This document shows positions 35,167-37,363 of a stretch of DNA of 37,363 bases, one piece after another. Position numbers and translations under genes: made by a program. Every line of letters begins with the position of its first letter. Positions within the stretch are counted from its first letter, which is position 1. The notes beneath the pieces were generated by a model that saw only the letters and a list, made by a program, of their open reading frames with translations, was not told the origin of the DNA and did no database searches. This stretch comes from Candidatus Poseidoniia archaeon (GTDB lineage: Archaea > Thermoplasmatota > Poseidoniia > MGIII > CG-Epi1), in the NCBI GenBank assembly GCA_022449705.1, contig JAKURS010000001.1, positions 1 through 37,363 on the forward strand, read 5' to 3'.

Positions 35167-36177
35167 ATGCAGCGCGTCATCGTCACCCGCTATGGACCGC
35201 CCGATGTGATGCGGTTCGAGGAGGCGGAAACACCGGAGCCCGATAACGGCGAGGTGTTAGTACGGGTCGCGCGCGCCGGCATTAATTTTGCGGACCTGCT
35301 GGCACGCATGGGGCTCTACCCTGGCACCCCCAAGCCGCCGTTTGTCCCGGGCTTCGAGGTCGCCGGCACAGTCGTGGCTGTCGGCCCCGGCGTCGATGAC
35401 ATCGCTGCGGGTGACCGCGTCGTCGCCGGCCGTTCATATGGTGGCTATGCAACGCACGTCGTCGCGCCCAAAGCGACTGTTTCACGGCTGTCCGACAGCG
35501 TCAGCTTCGACGTAGCGGCGGCGCTGCCGGTCAACTACCTGACGGCATGGTTGGCGGTGGTGCATCCGGGCGCGCTGCGGGAGGGTGAGACCGTGCTCAT
35601 CCACGGCGCCGCTGGTGGCGTGGGCATCGCGGCGACGCAGCTGGCGAAAATTCGCGGGGCGGCACGCATCTTCGGCACTGCATCCCTGCAGAAGCATGGA
35701 TGGCTGCGCGAGCAGGGCGTCGAACCGGTCGACCGCGATGACTTCCGCGCCACTATCAAAGCCGCCACCGATGGACGAGGGGTTGATCTGGTACTGGACC
35801 CGGTCGGCGGTGACCACCTGCTCCAGAGCTACCGCTGCCTTGCTTCGGGCGGCCGCGTCGTCAGTTACGGCATCTCGGCCATGGCGCCCGGCCGCAAGCG
35901 CAGCCGGCTGGCGCAGCTGCGCGAGTGGTGGCGCACACCGCGCTTCAACCCGCTCTGGATGATGGGTGCCAACCGTGCCGTTATCGGCGTCCATCTCGGC
36001 CGCTACCGCGACGTCAAGCGGTTGCAGCAGGCGCAGGCGCAGCTCTTCGACTGGCTGGAGGCGGGCGAAATCGCGCCGCGCATCGACTCTGTCTTCCTTG
36101 GCGCCGAAGCAGCCAAAGCGCACCAGCACATCCATGACCGCCAGAACATCGGCAAGGTGCTGCTGGACTTCGATTAA
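35167..36177 (+). CDS. Zinc-independent MDR-family NADPH:quinone oxidoreductase-like protein
   Basis: GEVLVRVARAGINFADLLARMGLYPGTPKPPFVPGFEVAGTVVAVG, the Rossmann motif LIHGAAGGVGIAATQLAK and the C-terminal GKVLLD are present. Confidence 0.85.
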   Translation: MQRVIVTRYGPPDVMRFEEAETPEPDNGEVLVRVARAGINFADLLARMGLYPGTPKPPFVPGFEVAGTVVAVGPGVDDIAAGDRVVAGRSYGGYATHVVAPKATVSRLSDSVSFDVAAALPVNYLTAWLAVVHPGALREGETVLIHGAAGGVGIAATQLAKIRGAARIFGTASLQKHGWLREQGVEPVDRDDFRATIKAATDGRGVDLVLDPVGGDHLLQSYRCLASGGRVVSYGISAMAPGRKRSRLAQLREWWRTPRFNPLWMMGANRAVIGVHLGRYRDVKRLQQAQAQLFDWLEAGEIAPRIDSVFLGAEAAKAHQHIHDRQNIGKVLLDFD

Positions 36178-36206
36178 GGCTATAACTGGTCGACCGCTCG
36201 TATTCC

Positions 36207-36629
36207 ATGGCGGACCCGGACGGCGACGGTACGGGTAAGGTGGAACTGCATCGCCGAACCAGCGCCAGCGAGGAGGACACGCTGTTCCGTATCCTCTTCG
36301 CTGCCATCCAGCTCGGCGCGCCCGCTTCCAAGCGGCAGATAGCCGAGCAAGCGGGGCTCTCGTCACAGCTGGTTGACTACCACGTCCCGAAGCTGGTCGC
36401 CAGCGGACAGCTGTTGCTGCGCCGCGGGCGCTACCGCCCGCAAGAGTGTCTCACCGACCACAACCTGCTGCGACTGATGAAGTCGTCGCTCATCCGGCAG
36501 CAGCTGGTCGAGCAGGTAGCGGCCGGGCTCGACTTCTCACAGGCGGAGAAGGACGAGGGCGCGGTCATCGAGGAGAACATCCTGAGCCTGCTGCGGCTCT
36601 TCAGCGTGGAGCTGAAGGGCGGGCGCTGA
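36207..36629 (+). CDS. Winged helix-turn-helix protein (putative transcriptional regulator)
   Basis: HTH-like segment SKRQIAEQAGLSSQLVDYHVPKLVASGQLL. The TATA ctataac (36179-36185), which overlaps the upstream stop region, lies 22-28 nt before the ATG. A T8 run follows the gene. Confidence 0.55.
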   Translation: MADPDGDGTGKVELHRRTSASEEDTLFRILFAAIQLGAPASKRQIAEQAGLSSQLVDYHVPKLVASGQLLLRRGRYRPQECLTDHNLLRLMKSSLIRQQLVEQVAAGLDFSQAEKDEGAVIEENILSLLRLFSVELKGGR

Positions 36630-36705
36630 AATAACCCCTGACGGCGAACTACTTCTGGAGGGGGTGCGACTGCTGCGCCAGCCGCGCCAAGCTCAAAACA
36701 AAAAA

Positions 36706-36713
36706 TTTTTTTT
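36706..36713 (+). terminator. Oligo-T (T8) archaeal-type termination signal after the wHTH gene
   Basis: caaaacaaaaaattttttttgg, an A6/T8 tract 77 nt after the stop. Oligo-T tracts are the known archaeal intrinsic termination signal. Confidence 0.5.
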
Positions 36714-36721
36714 GGCACCGC

Positions 36722-36729
36722 TTTATATA
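36722..36729 (+). promoter_or_regulatory. Strong TATA box (tttatata)
   Basis: It is a consensus-like archaeal TATA centred about 26 nt upstream of ATG 36752. Confidence 0.6.
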
Positions 36730-36751
36730 CTGCGAGCACCGCCGGATCATT

Positions 36752-36931
36752 ATGCGCAGACGCCATATGCTGGGCCACCAGCGCCTTACCATCTGCGGCT
36801 ATCCTACCACACAGCAGGAGCGCCGCGTGATGCGCAAATCAACCTGGAAACAAGTCTCCTGCAAGCACTGCCTCGCGATGCACGCGCATCACGACGGGCG
36901 GGGAGTTGCCGGGAGGGGGGTTCCGGCATGA
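36752..36931 (+). CDS. Candidate leaderless 59-aa basic Cys/His-rich small protein
   Basis: MRRRHMLGHQRLTICGYPTTQQERRVMRKSTWKQVSCKHCLAMHAHHDGRGVAGRGVPA. It falls below the 60-aa track cutoff. The ATG sits at leaderless distance from the TATA. An internal ATG at 36830 has an AGGAG 9 nt upstream. The stop overlaps the next ATG (ATGA). Confidence 0.3.
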   Translation: MRRRHMLGHQRLTICGYPTTQQERRVMRKSTWKQVSCKHCLAMHAHHDGRGVAGRGVPA

Positions 36932-37363
36932 CCAATCGCATCACGGTTTTCGGGACGCAACTGCAACGACCACGCGCGATGACCCCGCCACCGGTTCCCG
37001 GTAGCGGTCCGTCTCCACTGCTCGCTACGGGAGTTGTGCTGACGCTGGTTGTAGCGGCGCTGCTGGTATACCAGCCGCCTACACCGTCCGGGCTGACAAC
37101 GGCCCAGAGCGACTTCCTGCAGGACCTGGTCCAGGACCAGGGTCGCAGCTCGCCGCAGCTGGCCGCGTATGAATCATGCGACGCGCTCGAGGGTGACCTG
37201 AAGGAGCACCTCAAGGACGAGATGCGTGCCACTCTCGCTTCTAATCTGGAGGGGAATTACTATCGCGGCGGGGGTGGCGGCTGGCTCGAGGGCGATGTCA
37301 TGGTCGCACTCGATGGCGCTGAGATGGATGACGGTGGCGGCTCTCCGGAAAGTCCTGCCAGTA
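36928..37363 (+). CDS. Partial CDS: N-terminally anchored secreted protein, possibly of the beta-propeller (COG4880-like) family
   Basis: The ORF is open to the window end and is preceded by gggagggggg. One TM segment (LLATGVVLTLVVAALLVY) is followed by an acidic region (YESCDALEGDLKEHLKDEM...YYRGGGGGWLEGDVM) resembling the N-termini of that family. It is not in the ORF track because it has no stop. Confidence 0.5.
   Translation, partial: MTNRITVFGTQLQRPRAMTPPPVPGSGPSPLLATGVVLTLVVAALLVYQPPTPSGLTTAQSDFLQDLVQDQGRSSPQLAAYESCDALEGDLKEHLKDEMRATLASNLEGNYYRGGGGGWLEGDVMVALDGAEMDDGGGSPESPAS

Noticed and set aside
36804-37232. 142-aa minus-strand ORF at the window end
   Set aside because: It is antisense to the open plus-strand ORF, which has an SD-like gggagggggg, a clear TM anchor and an acidic family-like N-terminal region. 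The minus-strand product is Ser/Arg/Cys-rich without features.

Overview
Dense, high-GC archaeal chromosomal segment. Hand-counted 60-nt samples give 39/60 GC at 25201-25260 and 43/60 at 29881-29940. About 43 genes are supported. The archaeal assignment rests on r-proteins L31e/L39e/S19e, aIF6, deoxyhypusine synthase, archaeal-type AlaRS, NreA, TrmY and KptA, plus TATA boxes 22-34 nt upstream of start codons (leaderless-type promoters). Bacterial-type GyrA and topoisomerase IA are also present, which fits a Euryarchaeota/Thermoplasmatota-like lineage; this is inference only and no closer taxonomy can be given. Positions 3.0-20.8 kb form one co-directional minus-strand run (DDAH-like, dys, gyrA, the aIF6-L31e-L39e-PDCD5-like-S19e block, NRDE, membrane proteins, Zn-finger protein, purH, kptA, Hef-like helicase, corA, thpR, topA) with many 1-8 nt gene overlaps. 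From 24.1 kb onward the genes are mostly on the plus strand: OPT transporter, PqqD-like protein, two response regulators, histidine kinase, nreA, tRNA-Gly(CCC), ATP-grasp protein, trmY, pirin, ICMT-like methyltransferase, quinone oxidoreductase-like protein, wHTH regulator and a partial beta-propeller protein. The most unusual locus lies at 26.3-29.7 kb. It holds an OPT-overlapping PqqD-like gene, a tandem-duplication scar (a decayed second PqqD-like copy read in frame with a truncated response regulator), and a sharply AT-richer cassette (19/60 and 26/60 GC in sampled lines). That cassette encodes a REC-Roadblock/LC7-like regulator and a soluble double-PAS histidine kinase. No CRISPR array, integrase, transposase or recognisable defence gene was seen. 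All functional calls come from reading the translations against remembered family motifs; no searches were run.
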